64,000 nucleotides of DNA from Dimorphilus gyrociliatus (GCA_904063045.1 CAJFCJ010000014.1:1113643-1177642); one strand, 5' to 3'; counted from the stretch's first letter, positions 12,001 through 27,000 are shown. Numbers and translations: made by a program. Notes: generated from the sequence alone by a model not told the origin.

Positions 12001-15000
12001 TTTTACATTGATAATACAAGGTTAAAATTTAATATCTATAAATGATAGTTTTTTATACTTAAATGTTCAGGGATTTTTTTAGTTCTAGCTTCATTTTCTT
12101 TATCTTGTTTAGACTTTTTCGGTTTTTCAATTTGTTCCTCGTCTTTCACTAATTAAATTTAAATTTTTTATAATTACATTAAAGGGAAAACGTTTCTAAT
12201 TATTTTTTTCTTTTTACCCTCTTTTCTTTTTAACATTGCCGGCATTGACGGTTCACTAATTCCGAACTGATTTGCGGCTTTAACCCTATAATAAACGTCC
12301 TTATTTCTATCCACTTTTGTAATCTATGAAGAGATCAATTAATCGATTAGAAAAGTGAAATATAATCTTAGTTTTTGGAATGCAAACATTATAGGTGGTC
12401 TCTTTTGTATCAGAAACTACTTCGATCCAATCTTTCCCTGGAGGGACTCGCTTTTCAACGATGTACCATATAGGTACCTGCATAGCGTATGCTGGGAGTG
12501 AAGAGGCTTTCCATTTCAAAGCAAGAGAATTGTCAGTCACGTCTGATATTGTAGGTTTTTCCCAAATTGTCCTAGGTTTAACCTTAGATTTTATTGTCTC
12601 TTCTAATTTCTTTTGTTCCTTCTTTTCGGCTTCAGCTGTTTAATTTAACGCAATTGTTTGTGGTTGGTGTGATTAAAACACAAAGTAATTTAATAAGATC
12701 TAATTTTGTTGGATAGTTACGTGGTTTGGCAAACACTTGAGTTGACATGGAAGGATCACTAGTTCCATATTTGTTAAAAGCTTTTACTCGGAACAAATAG
12801 TCTTTTTCTGGTTTATAACCCTTAAATGTATATGTTGCTTCCTTAAGATCGGTGACGAGTTCTATCCAGTTTTTACTTGGTGGACATCTTCTTTCGATTG
12901 TATATAAGATTTCCGTCTGAAAATTAGCATGTAGAGTAAAAGATAGTACTTTATTCGATAATCTTGCATTTGATGAATTACCGTAACGGCTTGGCTTGGT
13001 ACCGTAGCCTCATCCCATTCCAACTTCAAAGAGTCTGCAGTAACATCTGAAACTTGAGGGGCATTCCACGGAGCTCTTGGAGGTAATTTGGCTTTATGCT
13101 TGTCAAAATCAACTTTCTCTTTTGGTTTTTCAACAATTTTTGCAAAATAGGTCAAAGATAGCGTTGGTTCACTAAACCCTGCTGTGTTTTGAGCTTTAAC
13201 ACGGTACATGTAATCTCTATCAATTTCATAATCATCAATTAGTAAATAAGTTTCTTTGATGTCTTTTTTTGCTTCCGTCCAATCACCAGACGGTAACTCC
13301 CTCCTTTCAACTGCATAAGTAACTTCTGACACTGCCACGTTTGGACCTAAAAGAAAGAGTCAAAAATCATCAGAAACTAATAGGAAGGTTGGCAAGAATA
13401 TCTTTTAAACCGTATGTTGCCTCCGGCCAAGACATTTTAAAGGACTTTTCCTTAACATCTGTCATATCCGGTTTGACTAAAGGCATAGTTGGAGGTAGCT
13501 GGAAGATTGCGTGCTTTTTCGGCTTTTTCAGCTTCTTTGGGGCTACAAGCGTAAGAAATAAATTGAATAGAGAATTTAATAAATCTCCAAAAGAAACAGC
13601 AATAATAACCTTCAACAAACAATTTTGCAGTTGAGGAAATCGAACCAAAGCTATTCTCTAGAATAACTTCGTATTCACCATAATCATCCACTTCAGCATC
13701 TTCGATTATTAATTGATAAGAGTTGTTTACTCTAACTGTTCTAATTCTTAGAGTCTCTTCAATAACGACACCATCTTTTTTCCTAATTAACAAAGAAGAA
13801 TTAAAAATATAGACTCTATTCGCATATTTTAATCATTTAATATACCAAATAGCTGTAGGCTTTGGTTCACCGAGAGCTTTACATTCAAATTTCGCTGTCA
13901 TACCAACAATAATGTCTTGTGTAGATAGTTTTTTTGATAAGGTTGGCTTATAACCCATGTCATTATTATCCTCAACAATTTTTCTAAGAAAGAATTACAC
14001 GAAATAAGGTTAATTTCAACTTTTGAACTCTATAAAGTGTTTTTGGGCGAATAAGAATTGCTTACTCTTCATCATCAATAATACTTAAATAGGCTGAAGT
14101 TCGACTTTGGCCTGCAGCATTTGAAATTTTGCAAGAGTAATCTCCAGCATCCATTTTCATACATTTAGAAATGATGAGTGAACATCGGTTTTCAACTGCT
14201 TCGGTTCTTATTCTCTCAGTTTCCTAGATGAATAACAAAGATGGTAGTTATTTTATGTGAAATTGGCAATAGTATTTACTCTAAAACTATATTTCAACTT
14301 ACATAGATTGGTCTACTATTATAGAACCACTCAACTTCCGGTTTTGGAGTACCAGAAACAACAGCATTAAACATATATGTGTACCCTCTGCGAATCTCTG
14401 CGTCTTGCAAGGCGGTTTCAAATATTGGTTTAGTACTTCTTTTTATTTCATCTTCTTCTATTCTTACTTTGCAATTACTTTCAGAGGAACCTCCTTCGTT
14501 CTCCAATACCAAGGTATAAGTTCCCGTATCTTCTAGAACAGTTTTTTCGATTATTAAAGAGGCTGAACCTAAACGATTTTTGTAATGATAGCGATCCGAT
14601 TTAATTATTTCTTGCCCATCTTTCATCCAGGTGGTCTTGGCAGGTTCATCGGCGGTATATTTACAAGAGAGTTTAATTTGAAAGTCCTCGGTTGTTTTCA
14701 AGTCCTTAAGATGTGTATCAATTAATGGTGGGAAAATGGGTTCTACTGATTTCTTCTTTTTCTTATCGGATTTAACCTTCTTTTCATCGCCATCAACCTC
14801 ATCCTTTTTACTTTTCTTTTTCTTATCGCTATCATCGGATATAATAGAGTCCTTTGATGATTTTCGTTTCTTTTCTTTATCTTTTTCGGCTTCCGCATCC
14901 GGGGATTTTTTACTCCTTTTAACTTCTCCATTTTCTTTCTTCTTTTTCTTACTACTCTCTTCGGATGTGATTGAATCCTTCGATTCTCGTCTATTTTTCG

Positions 15001-18000
15001 TCTTCCTCTCATCAGTATCGTCTTTTCCTTTCTTCTTTTCAGTTTTATCTTTAGTTTTTGCCTCGTCTTTCTTCTTTTTAGCTTTAGAACTGTTATCAGA
15101 ATCTTTCGATCCCCTTCTTCCCTTTGATTTCTTACCGTCTTCATCATCCTTTAATTTCTTTTTCTTTCCCTCTTCAACTTCTATATCCTTCTTATTCTCT
15201 GCATTCTCTTCATCATTATCCTGCTTTTTCTTTTCTTTTTCATCTTTCTCTTCCTTCGTTTTCTTTATTCCATTTTCTAGTTGATTCTGAATCGATTGTT
15301 CAGGTTCGACGGTTTTTTCATCAATTTTGTCCTCAACAATCTCCTTAACTAATTCCAAACCAAAAGTTCCTGTCTTCTCCTTGTTTAGACATTTAACAAA
15401 GATCTCGTAAGTACCAATTTCTTCAGTTGATACTTTCTTTACTTTTACAGTTATAGTTTCTTTTTCGTATTTAATCGAATATTTCTCGTTTTTAGTTATT
15501 TCTTTTCCATCTTTCAATCTAAAAACGATTTAATATGAAAACTTAAAAACATTAAACAGAACAAAGACTATTTATACAAACAATCTAATAATTGGTTTAG
15601 GTTTTGATGAAACTTTTACACCAAATTTAATATCTTCTCCCGATTTAACCTCAAAATTTTTCAAATTTGAAAAGTCACAGTTCAGAACAACTATAAGGAA
15701 TTGAATAATGTAAAAATTATACATATGAATGAAACGAGTTTGGTTTACCTTCTTTAACAATCAACTCGCAACTATCTTCAATTTTACCATTTTTATTGCT
15801 AACGGTTACTTTTATTGTTCCTTCAATTGATTTATTTGTATTCAATATTTTAAGAGAATCTTTATTGATTTCGTGTTCAAGATCGCTATCTTTTATTAGC
15901 TTATCGTTTAACGACCACTCAACATCAACTTCAGGTAATCCTGAAGTTTTTATTGTAAATTCTGCGGATTCGCTTTCGAATATCTCTACTTTCTTTAATT
16001 TAGATTCAATTTTTGGTAGGGTAGTACCATCTTCGAAAACACCTTCTGGTCTAATGACAACCTTGCACTCATCTTCAATAGATCCATTCTTATTCTCTAA
16101 TCGAACTTTAAGAGAGCCGCTCATTTCCGGTACGGTTCTTAGTAAATGTAATTCAAAGTTATCGGAACTACTATTGATTTTACAATGCTTCGATGATTTT
16201 AAAGGCTTATCATTCAGAAACCAAATACATGTCGGATATGGTATGGATGAGGCTTTGATTACGAAATTTACTTCCTTCCCCACTAAAGATTAAAAGACGT
16301 TTCCGGGTTTTAAAGCTTAATGATAAAAATATTTACGAAAATATTATACACACTTTCAACGTTAACTGATTGAAGGTTTGACAGTAGCTTTGGTTTGCTT
16401 GTACCATCTTCTAGCAATCCTGAATAATATAAGTAAAATATATATATATATATATAATATACGTATATATATATCTGCTTAAATTATTTAAAAGTATAAG
16501 ATAATGCTTTACCTCTCTTACATAATAATTTCTTAATATCATCACACCAAGCCTTCTTTATAAATTCATTTTTTGCTTCGAAAGTCCATCTACCTTTCTT
16601 ATTATTTACGAAAGGTAAAGCGAACCTAGTTGGTTCGTCTAAATGCTCGTCCAACCATATATCTTCAATCTTAATAGTTTGTAAGAATAAACAATTACAA
16701 TTGGTTAAATTTAAATATTATAATAGTACCATAATTTCAGATTGAAAATCAAAGATGGGAAGATCGTTTTCGTCCTTTCTCATCTTTGTTATTAGTAGAC
16801 GATCTTCAAAAAGGAAAACTTTCCTTTCTTTTCCTTTAGCAGAAGGTTTTGGTGTATCTGACCATACGGTTAACGTATCCTATTAACAAAGATAGAGATA
16901 CATATCATATTTAGTCTTGTATGATTTAGCATTGTTTTTTTTTCTATATTCTTACATATCTATCAAATAAACAGAGATCCTTTAGATTGTCGTAGTTTTT
17001 GATACTGTTTAATAAATTAAACTTTTCAGCTTGTATCTTTAGATCGAGTAGCATCTATGAATTAATAAATGAAGAGATGATAAATCATGTATATGTTTCT
17101 TGTTTTAAGGTCAACATACTTTAACAGCGTCATCTAATTTAGTTACAGTTTGTCCCGCTCTTGTATTATACTTAATCAAATCACGCAAAACTTTAACGTA
17201 ATCGTCTAATCGATTGAATGGAAGTTGTAGTCCGTTAACTAAGTTTGGCTTCTTAGAATCTTGAGATTGTACTTCCTAATTAACAAGAAAGTGGGTATTA
17301 GTTAACATTCCGAGGCAGAATTCAATTAGGTTCACCTTTAGAAAATTTTCTGCATCCTCCAAAGCCAAGAGGTCCTTAACAGACTTTCTATCCACAAGAT
17401 AGGGTATGTATCGGCTAAATTGAAGGGCCTGTTTGTGAATTTTAATGAATTAAACTCTCAGAAAAAGGTAATAAGTTCTTTTACATGATCAATAAAAGCT
17501 TGTCCTATGCTATCACCCTCAGTGGTTGTCTGATATAAAGATTCCAAGAATTCACTATAACAATTGAAATAGTTATGTAGGTTGAAGAAAGGTAATAAAT
17601 CTTTAATATAATTACTCTTTGTGAAATTTAAATATTTCTGGTAAAGGCCCAAAAGCAAAATTTTGTTTATCTTTTAAACATTCAGGAACCTCATCGGATT
17701 TAAGAAGATTATAATATCCGTCGAGAACTCTTTCTAATTCTCTGATATAATCTCTCTCGGATTCTATTAACTCTGTTAGAGCGTATCTCCTCTTAACCAT
17801 GGCTTCTTGATCTTTGTCTTTAATTTGAATAACGTCATCTCTAAACACCTCTCTAGGAGACCTTGTATCTAATTTTTCCTCTTTAGGTTGAACAAGATAG
17901 CTTGGTGGAACCCATCCAGTCTTTAAACTATCCTTACAAAGCCATCTGTAAAGTTGGGTCATTTACAATCACTTAATAAGTTGAAATGTATTTAACATCG

Positions 18001-21000
18001 TTTTTCTTACTTTTCAGGATTATTAGAGTCTAATACTTCGACTTCTTGACCTTCTACAAGAGCTAGTCCATCCGTGTCTGTGGGATTATAATCAGTTAAA
18101 GCTTTAAAGTACTTCTTAGCTTCTTTTCCATCATCTGAGAAGATTTCTTCTGAGGTTTCCTTTTCTGTTGATGGAACTTCTAAAGCCTCTTGGCTATCTC
18201 TTTGTTTAGACGAATCCTCATCGTCACCTGTTCAATTTATGGTTGATACAGAATTAAACCTTGAAAGTGACGTTATCTTACTTTCACTACATTCAATAAC
18301 GTTAACTGTTACGGCGCTTTGACAAGTACCAGCATTATTTGAGGCCCTAATGGAATATATTCCTCCATCCTCAGCTTGAATTTCCTCAAACCGCACGGAG
18401 ACAAAATCGTCTTTGACATGAATTTGGACTTTATCTCCTGTTTTAATTTCTTTACCATCTTTAAGAACACTAACAACAGATTCCTCCAAGCCTATTTATA
18501 AGATTGGGTAAGAAATTATTAGTGCCTTAATAAGTAAGAAAGGAATGGGATATGTTGTGGGCTTTTAAATTAAAACCTTGAATTTTAGTGGAGAAGGATA
18601 AGCTTTCAAATTCGTTAATATTTAAGCTGTCTTCCAGTTGCTCAAGAATTTTAGGAGCCTCAAGGGTTTCCCTTCAGGATAAGAAGATAATGTTAAAAGT
18701 GTTAAAATTCTCAAATAAATAACAAATAAGCTGTTTACTTAAGTTTTTCCGAGGCTGTATCCTCAGATAAAGTTTCTACAGTAGACTCTGTGCAGCTGCT
18801 CTCTTCTACTTGTTTTTCTTGAACTTTACCTTAGTTTACACAAAAAAAAATATTTAACTTTGAAAATATATCAAATAAATAGAAAATATTTAAATTACTT
18901 TCTATGACTTCTATTTTAGTAGAACATAAACAACTTCCTTCTGTATTTGTTGCTTTAATTGAGTATTCACCGCTATCAATCAATTCAACTTGATTAAACT
19001 GTACAGTTATCATGTCTTCTTCCACGCGAATTTCTAATCTGTCTTTAGGGACGTCTTTTCCGTCTTTTTGTACTGTAAGATTTGATTCTTCTAGACCTAT
19101 ATTTTTTTAAAAGAGAATTGTTATATTGGCCAAAAATACATATGGGAAAGATATCGCATACCTTGAATTCTTGCTTTAATGCAGGCATCTTGGAATTGAT
19201 TTACTTTCAAGTGCTCTTCCGGTTTATCAACAATTTCTGGAGCTTTCTTGACAATTTCAGCTTCACTATAATCATATTACACATTCTGTGTATGCAAAAG
19301 CTAAAACTTTTTAAAACAATCTTACTTTGAAATTTCTACTTCCGGTACAATTTCCTCAGCTACTTCAGAGATTTCTTGTTCTTTTTTCTCTTCGGATTGA
19401 CCTATTTTTTTATAAGTTCGTCAGTAAAATAGATGCTTTTAATGGCAAGATAATTGTTACTTTGTATAACGGCAATTTTAGCTGAACAGAGACAACTGCC
19501 CTGTGAATTTGTAGCTTTGATAGCATATTCACCACTATCAATTACTTTAACTTCATCAAATTTTAAGGATACAGTATTATCTTGAACAAGGACTTGAATG
19601 TTATCTTTTTGAATTTCGTTACCATCCTTAAGAATACTAATCTCACATTCATTCAATCCTTTGAACAGTAAAATTAAGAATTACTATAAAACTCCAATTT
19701 TATTTATCTTTACCTTCTATCTTAGCAGCTATGGAAACTGATTCCTGCTCTTGAATTGTAATACTTTCTTCTGGTTTTTCAAGGATTTCTGGTGCTTTCT
19801 TTTCGGGTTTCACCTCTTTCCTATAAGATATATATGGATGCGTCATTTACTATGTTGCAATTTGATTAATTAATTTTAAAATCATACTCTTTCTTCTTTT
19901 CAACAGATAATTGAAAATTACTGGTGACCTTTCCACCTTTGTTTGTTGCAACAATTGTATATTCACCGCTGTCTTCTACGTGAGCATTTTTTATTTTTAA
20001 TACAACTCCACCTTCCGTTTCTGATAGTTTAAATCGCTTTTTGCTCTTAACATCTTTACCACTCTTAGTCCAGGAGATTTCTGGCCGAGGTTTCCCTGTA
20101 CAAATTGACAGAAAGTCGTTAATTAAATGGTTCCTTGTTAATTGGATGGTATAGAGGAGAAAGGTAATTATGGATTGTTGTAAAGGAGTTTTGTTAAGGT
20201 GGATAAACAAGATTTAGAGAATAGAAATATTAAAATGAAAAATTATAGGTCCGGTTCGTGAAAAAAGAGGTCAACTCCTGCTTGCCTGATACTAGAATAT
20301 TTAGTTCAAAGTTCTTCGCTTCTTCTAAAGTAAAATCAGTATTTTCAATCTCTATACTTGGGTTCTCCACAATCTCAACTACGTTAACACTAAAATTATG
20401 AACTATGCTATCATCGTCAGTGGTAGCTTGTATGCTATATTGTCCAGAATCGGATGGTTTGCAATCACAAATAAGTAAAGTGTATTCATCGGTTTCAACT
20501 TCCCAAGACTGTTTAGTATTTTTAAAAGCCATTTTCTTTGTATTTATTACAACGTTGGATTTCAACCATTTTACGTCTATGTCGGCAGAGGCTGTACAGG
20601 GGTCATTATATATGCACAAGAATCAGTGCATATATAAAACTAATACTTTTTACTAAATGCTTTATCTTACCGTTTACTTTACATTTAAGTTTAATTGTTT
20701 CTCCTGGAGATGCTGTTACGTCCTCTGGAAGAAGAACAAACTCTGGCTTATTCTCTTCGGATTCATCACTTTCTTCTGAAGTTTTTTCGCTGCTGATAAA
20801 TTTAAATTCATTTCTATTATGGTCCAATGTTCAATTCATTGATTGTTTTTACCTGCTGGCCGCTTCGCTAGAAGTTTCACTAGAATCTTGAACAACAGGC
20901 TTTTCGGTAATTTTCACTGAGAATGGCTGTTCAAGTTTCTGATCTGTTTAAAATGGTTAGTTTTTCAAGAATTTCATTGAAAAAATTTTTCTGAACAATA

Positions 21001-24000
21001 CCTTCAGAAGAGACAACTAGTTGATATTCTCCTGCATCTTCTTTATTAATTTTTGGAATTTTTAAGGAGTATTCATCATTTTTAGAGTCTAGTAGTATTC
21101 TTGAATTTCCTGCAAGCTTTTTACCATCTTTCATCCAAACCACTTTTACTTCGTTTCCTCCCACAATAGCACAAGACAATATGAGTTCTTCGCCTTCTTC
21201 TACACTTAGATTGTTATCTTTGTTCAACAGTTTTATTTTTATTTCTGGCATTGGTTTAGGCTTAGGAGACGATTCTTTTTTCTTTTCTGAAGCTGAAACT
21301 TTTTCAGACTTTTCCGATTCGGTTTCTGTGCTCTCTTCGGAGCTATCACTTTCCTCTGAACTTGTTTCTTCTGAAGAAGTCTCAGAACCCGTGCTACTTT
21401 CTGTTGATTCTGATTTCATGTCCTCAACTTTTTCTGTTTCTGAGGGTTTCTGTTCTTTGTTTTCTTGCTTTTCAACCTTCTCTGGTTCTTCTTTTATCTT
21501 TTCCTGCTTTTCAACTATTTCTGGTTCTTCTATTATCTTTTCCTGCTTTTCAACTATTTCTGGTTTTTCCATAGATGCTTCTTCTATCTTTTCTTGCTTT
21601 TCCACTTTCTCTGGTTCTTTTACTTTGACTTCTTCAGATTTTGGTTGACTTTGAAGATCTTCATTTTCGCTTTTAGATATGGTAGCAGTTTCTTCAACAG
21701 GTGTCGGCTGAATTTCTTCAATTTTTTTGTCTTTGTCTTTTTCAGCTTCTGGTTTTTTCTCTGCTTCAACTGTTCCTTCTTTTAGTTTTGTAGAAGGCTT
21801 TTCTGCGACAGAAGATTCGCTTTTACTTGCTGATTCTTCTTCGCTCGATGTTTCTTCTTCACTGGAAGATTCCTCGCTGCTACTTTCTGTTTCAGATTCA
21901 GACGAAGTTTCCTCTTCCGAAGACGATTCCTCAGATGATTCCTCACTTTTTGAAGACTCAGATTTCGGTTGTTTTTTCTTGTATTTTTCTTCATCTTTTA
22001 TAACATCAGGAGCTTTCTCAGTAGCGACTTTTTCAGGCTCAACTGAAGCTTCTTCCAAAGATTTAGCCGAGTGGTCAGGAGTTTCCTTCAACTCTTCTAC
22101 ATTCTCAGCAACGACCTCTTCCTTTATTTCATTTACCTCTTTTTCCAGCTTTTTAGGTTCTTCGATATCAACTTTTATGGATTTTTCAATTTTTCCAAAT
22201 TCATTTTCAGATAATATTACATAGTCGCCAGAATCAGAAAGTATGGCATCTTTTATTATTAATGAATACTGTCCATTATCCATATTCCAGTCTATTTTAA
22301 TCCGAGAATCTTTTTTTGGTTTCAACTGTTTAGAATCTTTCATAAATTTAATTTCTGGTTCGGGGTCACCTAAAAAACGAAGATTACAGATAAGATTACC
22401 AAAGTTTAGGAAGAGAAATGATAGTGTTATCTAACCTTGACTTTTAAATGAAATTTCAATTGGTTTTCCAGTTTCTAAGTTAATTTTCTCTGGAAGGTTA
22501 ACAATCTTTGGCTTTCTCTTTTCAATTTCTTCCGCCTTTTTCAGTTTATCCTCTTCAGTATTCTTTTTCTCCTCAATAATTTGGACTTTTACTTCTTTTT
22601 CAGCCTTTCCAAATTTATTTTCTGCCTTGATTAAGTATGTACCACTGTCTTCGGTAGAAACTTCCTTAATTGATAAAGTATGAATATTATTTTCCATATC
22701 CCAATCTAATTTCATTCGTTCATTTTTCTTTACTTTAATTGTTTTTCCATCTTTAACAAACTTAATTTCTGGTTCCGGTTCACCTTCTAAATGACATGAT
22801 ATTTTCATTGTTTCACCCGTCTTTAGAGAGAAGTTATCTTGAACATCTTTAATTTTCGGTATGTTTTCTTCTAAGCTTGATTTTGGTTCCTCTTCTTTGG
22901 ATGATGGCTCTTTTTCTTTCGGTTTCTCCTCAATACTTACTTTAACAGTCTTCTCTAATGTACCAAGATTATTTTCAGCAGTTATTTTATATTCTCCGCT
23001 ATCTTTACAAGTACAATCAGATATTTTCAATTTGTAAACATTAGTTTTCATATCCCAATCAATTTTAATACGCTTATCCTTCTTAGGCTTGATGGTTTTA
23101 CCATTTTTCAAAAATTGCACTTCAGGCTCAGGTTCACCTTTTATAAATTGTTGAAATGAAAATATTTTCAAAGGACTTAATACGAAAACATAATTAACTA
23201 TTTATATTTACCAGAAACTCTACAAGAGATTTCAATTACATCGCCCGGATGCTGATGAATTTCATCTGGTAATTCAGCAACTTCCGGAACTTTTCCTTTC
23301 ACTTCAGGTTTCTATAGTTTTTTGAGTAAAGTATTTATAAAGATTTTACAAATCTATTATATGTTAATGGCTTCTTTCGATACCTCTTCTGCAACAGGTG
23401 TTGTATTAACTTCGACAATTTGAGGGGAAGAGAGCTGTCCATCGGAACCCTTGGAAACTATTGCTATTTCATATGGTTTGTTTTCTTTCAACTGACAAGA
23501 TGAATAAACAAATGAAATTCAAATTATAAATATTTTGTATTATTTCATTACCTTGTCTAATGTATATCCTGTTTCGTTTGAAGATATTACAGCTGCTTCT
23601 TTCCATTCCTTTTTCCCTTGTTCTCTATATTCAACAACAATGGCTTCTAAATTATCAAAATTTTCCGGTTTCTGCCATTCAATCGATATAGATTTGCTAT
23701 TAGCCTCTTTAACTTTCAATTCCTCCATTGGTTTAGGTTTTTCTTTCAATTCACTTTCATTTGCCAATTGTTTCTCTTCATCAATAGAGATTTTAATTAG
23801 TTTTTCCTGTTTACCATGTTCATTTTCCGCCACAACTTTATACTCTCCCGAATCATCCGGATTAGCTTCTTTAATTGTCAAAGTATATTTATCGGCATCC
23901 ATATCCCAATCAACTTTAATTCGTTTATCACTCTTCTTTGTTTTAATTTTCTTGTCGTTTTTATAGAAACTAATCTCTGGTCCAGGTGTTCCTATTGAAT

Positions 24001-27000
24001 TTCATTGATAAGAATTAGTTGGTTGTTTAGCATACTGAAAAGCTAAAATATGCAAATTTTACCAGTTGATTTGCAGGATAACAGAAGATCATCGCCAGCT
24101 TTAATTTTAATATCATCTGGTAAATTTTCTAACTTCGGTAATTTATCATTAGGAGACTAAAAAAATTAGCAAGGATTATAAGAATTGAATGATGCTAAAG
24201 CTCATTTATTCTACCTTTTCAGAAACAATTGTCTTAGCTTTAATAGTATCACTTGAAATTAAATCACCAGATGAAAGTTTAGCAGCAACAGAAATTTCAT
24301 AAACTTTGTCTTCGTCCAACTAAAAAATTATTGAAATTATTTAATTAGTTTGTCAAAATCTTTCTAAAAATGTAATTATTTCTATAATCTTACATTTGTT
24401 AAATGTACGAGGGAATCTTGAAGATCAACAACAACTCCTTCTTTCCATTTCTTCTTTCCTTCTTTTTTATATTGTACAATAAATGATTCAACCTTATCAA
24501 GAGATTCAGGTTTATCCCATTCAACTGTAATTTCGTTACTCTTTGTCTCCTTTAATCGTAGGTTCAAAGGCGGTTCCGTAACTGTAGCTACTTCCTTCAC
24601 TTCTTCTGTATCTTTAACGATAGCCTTAGTACAGACAGGTTCGTCAAGAACTGCTGCATTTTCGCTGCTACTTGTTTCGTTGACAGATTTCACTTGGAAA
24701 ATGTATTTTTCATTTGGAGAGAGATTCTCTATAATAGCGGAAGGCTTGTCTGTTTTCTTTACTAATTGAAATTCCGTTTCAGTTGTTTTCCTTCCTTCAA
24801 CAATATATTGAAGATTTTTCGATTCGTCAGGTTCGATCCATTCCAGCGTCAGAGCCGATTCGGTAACATTCTTTACTGATACACTCTTTGGCGCATCTAA
24901 AATGTCTGTTAAATAATTTTTTACTAATTCAATTCAATTCAATGGTAATCATTATTATAAAAAAAATTACCGGAAGTCAGTTCCTCTAACAGTCTTACGC
25001 TTTCAGCCAGTTGAATAGGTTTACTTTTGCCAGCTTTATTCTGAGCGTAGATTCTAAATTGCAGATCGTATTGGCTTCGTAAATTTGATACATTAAATTT
25101 TGCTTGATCGGATGGAATTTCTGAATTATTCAAAAGATTCTTAATGATGTTAACTTTGTCAGATATTTATAAATTGTTACCATCTACATATTCCCATCTT
25201 CCGTTATTTCTACTTAATTCAATAACAAAAGTATCTGGACGATTCGAGTCATTTGAAATGACATCCCAACTTAAAACCACTTCTTTTACTGTCGGCACAG
25301 CGGTAAAATTTGTTGGAGTGGAAGGTCTTGATATAGGCTTAACTAGGTAAGAAGGCTCGTTGAGTTCTATTACGGGACCTTGACCTTGAGGATTTTTTGC
25401 AGATATTCTAAATTTATAGCCAGTGTTTACCTTAGAAAATTACAACTAATGTTAAACTGATAAAATCATTCAAATAAAGAAATACTTGTAAATTTTCAAA
25501 ATCGTAAAAGTTCTTGAAAGCTGGGACATCAGCAGCAACTGTAAATTCTCCCCCATCTTCAGATATTTCAAGAATGTATCCTAAAATGTGGTTTCCGCCG
25601 TCTGTTTCTGGCTCATCCCACGCTAAGCTTATTCTCTTTTCGTCGGCTCTTTGAACCTGTAAATTTCGCACTGCTGAGGGCGCGGTGGGGGGTCTTCTAG
25701 CGCAAACAGGTTTTTCAAGCTCACAGTACTCTCCGACTCCTGCTTCATTCTTAGCTGAGACTCTTACGAAATATCTTTCATTCGGTTGTAGAGTGTCAAT
25801 TTCGACGTTATTTTCGTCTGCCGATGTAGTTTTAACCTAAAATTGATAATCGCGATATTATAACAGGTAATCTGGATAGTAATAAAATAGGAGTGACAAA
25901 CCCAACCTTGCGATATTCTAAATTTGCAAATTCGCATACTTCTATGACATATCCCAAAATTTCTGATCCCCCATCCTTCTCTGATTTTTCCCAGTTTACC
26001 GAAATTTTGCCTGGTCCAAGTTCATTGGCAGAAATAGACGCTGGTTTCGAAGGCTTATCTATTTTGATTAAAAGTATGGAAAATTACTAAAAATTCTATT
26101 AGAAAGTAAATCTTATCGTTTATTATCTTACCAAACGGTAATTTGGTTCTAATTCCATCTATTTGAGCGGGTCGGGTTGATGCTCCTGCATCATTAACAG
26201 CAAACAAACGAAAATCGTATTCTCTATTCTCCTTTAGGTTTTTCACAACAAAACTATTTATATTAGCATCTAGTTTGCATAAACGTTTGAAAGACACTTC
26301 TAATCCATCCTTCATCTCAAGAATATAGCCAGTAACTTTAGACCCGCCATCTTCCGAAGGAGATTCCCATTGCAGTTCAATATAATCTTTCCATATCTTT
26401 GTTTTAGTAAAATTTTGCGGCGAAGCAGGCTTATCTGTTTATTTTCAATGTTTTATTGCATAAATGTGTGTTTTCTTTAGAATATAATCATACCGAAAGG
26501 CAACTTAGCCGTGACTGGATCCTCATTTTCCAAGTAAACACTTCTTCCAGCTTTATTTTCTGCAGCTATTCTAAAAAGATAACTTTCCCCTTCAAATAAA
26601 TTATCCAAGGTAAACGTTGTTACATTAGCCGGCACTGCACCAGACTGTTTATCAAATAGATCAAGATAAAACCTTAAATTATCAACTAATTAGCTCTTAA
26701 ACTTTACCTGTAGCCATATAGGTCTCGATATTTCACGTTTCTCAATGACGAAACGTTCAATGGGAGAACCACCATCATCCTCGGGTTTCTCCCATTCAAT
26801 CTTAATTTTATCAACATTATAGCTAACAACGTGAAAGTTACTTGGTGCTTGCGGTACATCTGCAAATGTTGGGAAATATAAATAATCTATTCGAGATTGC
26901 GTGTAACAGTAATTACTAAATGGTAAACGGGGTTGTATAGGTTCGAAAATTTCGGCGCTGGTTTTACTAAGTCCAACTTCATTCTCAGCAAATATTCGGA

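Noticed and set aside
14736-15348. Long plus-strand F/S/L-rich ORFs (14736-15284, 15124-15348)
   Set aside because: Antisense shadows of the K/E/D-rich obscurin linker; stop codons are rare in that reverse frame.
21181-22224. Plus-strand Ser-rich ORFs (21181-21648, 21465-21785, 21727-22224)
   Set aside because: Antisense shadows of the E/S/K-rich exon and its tandem repeat.
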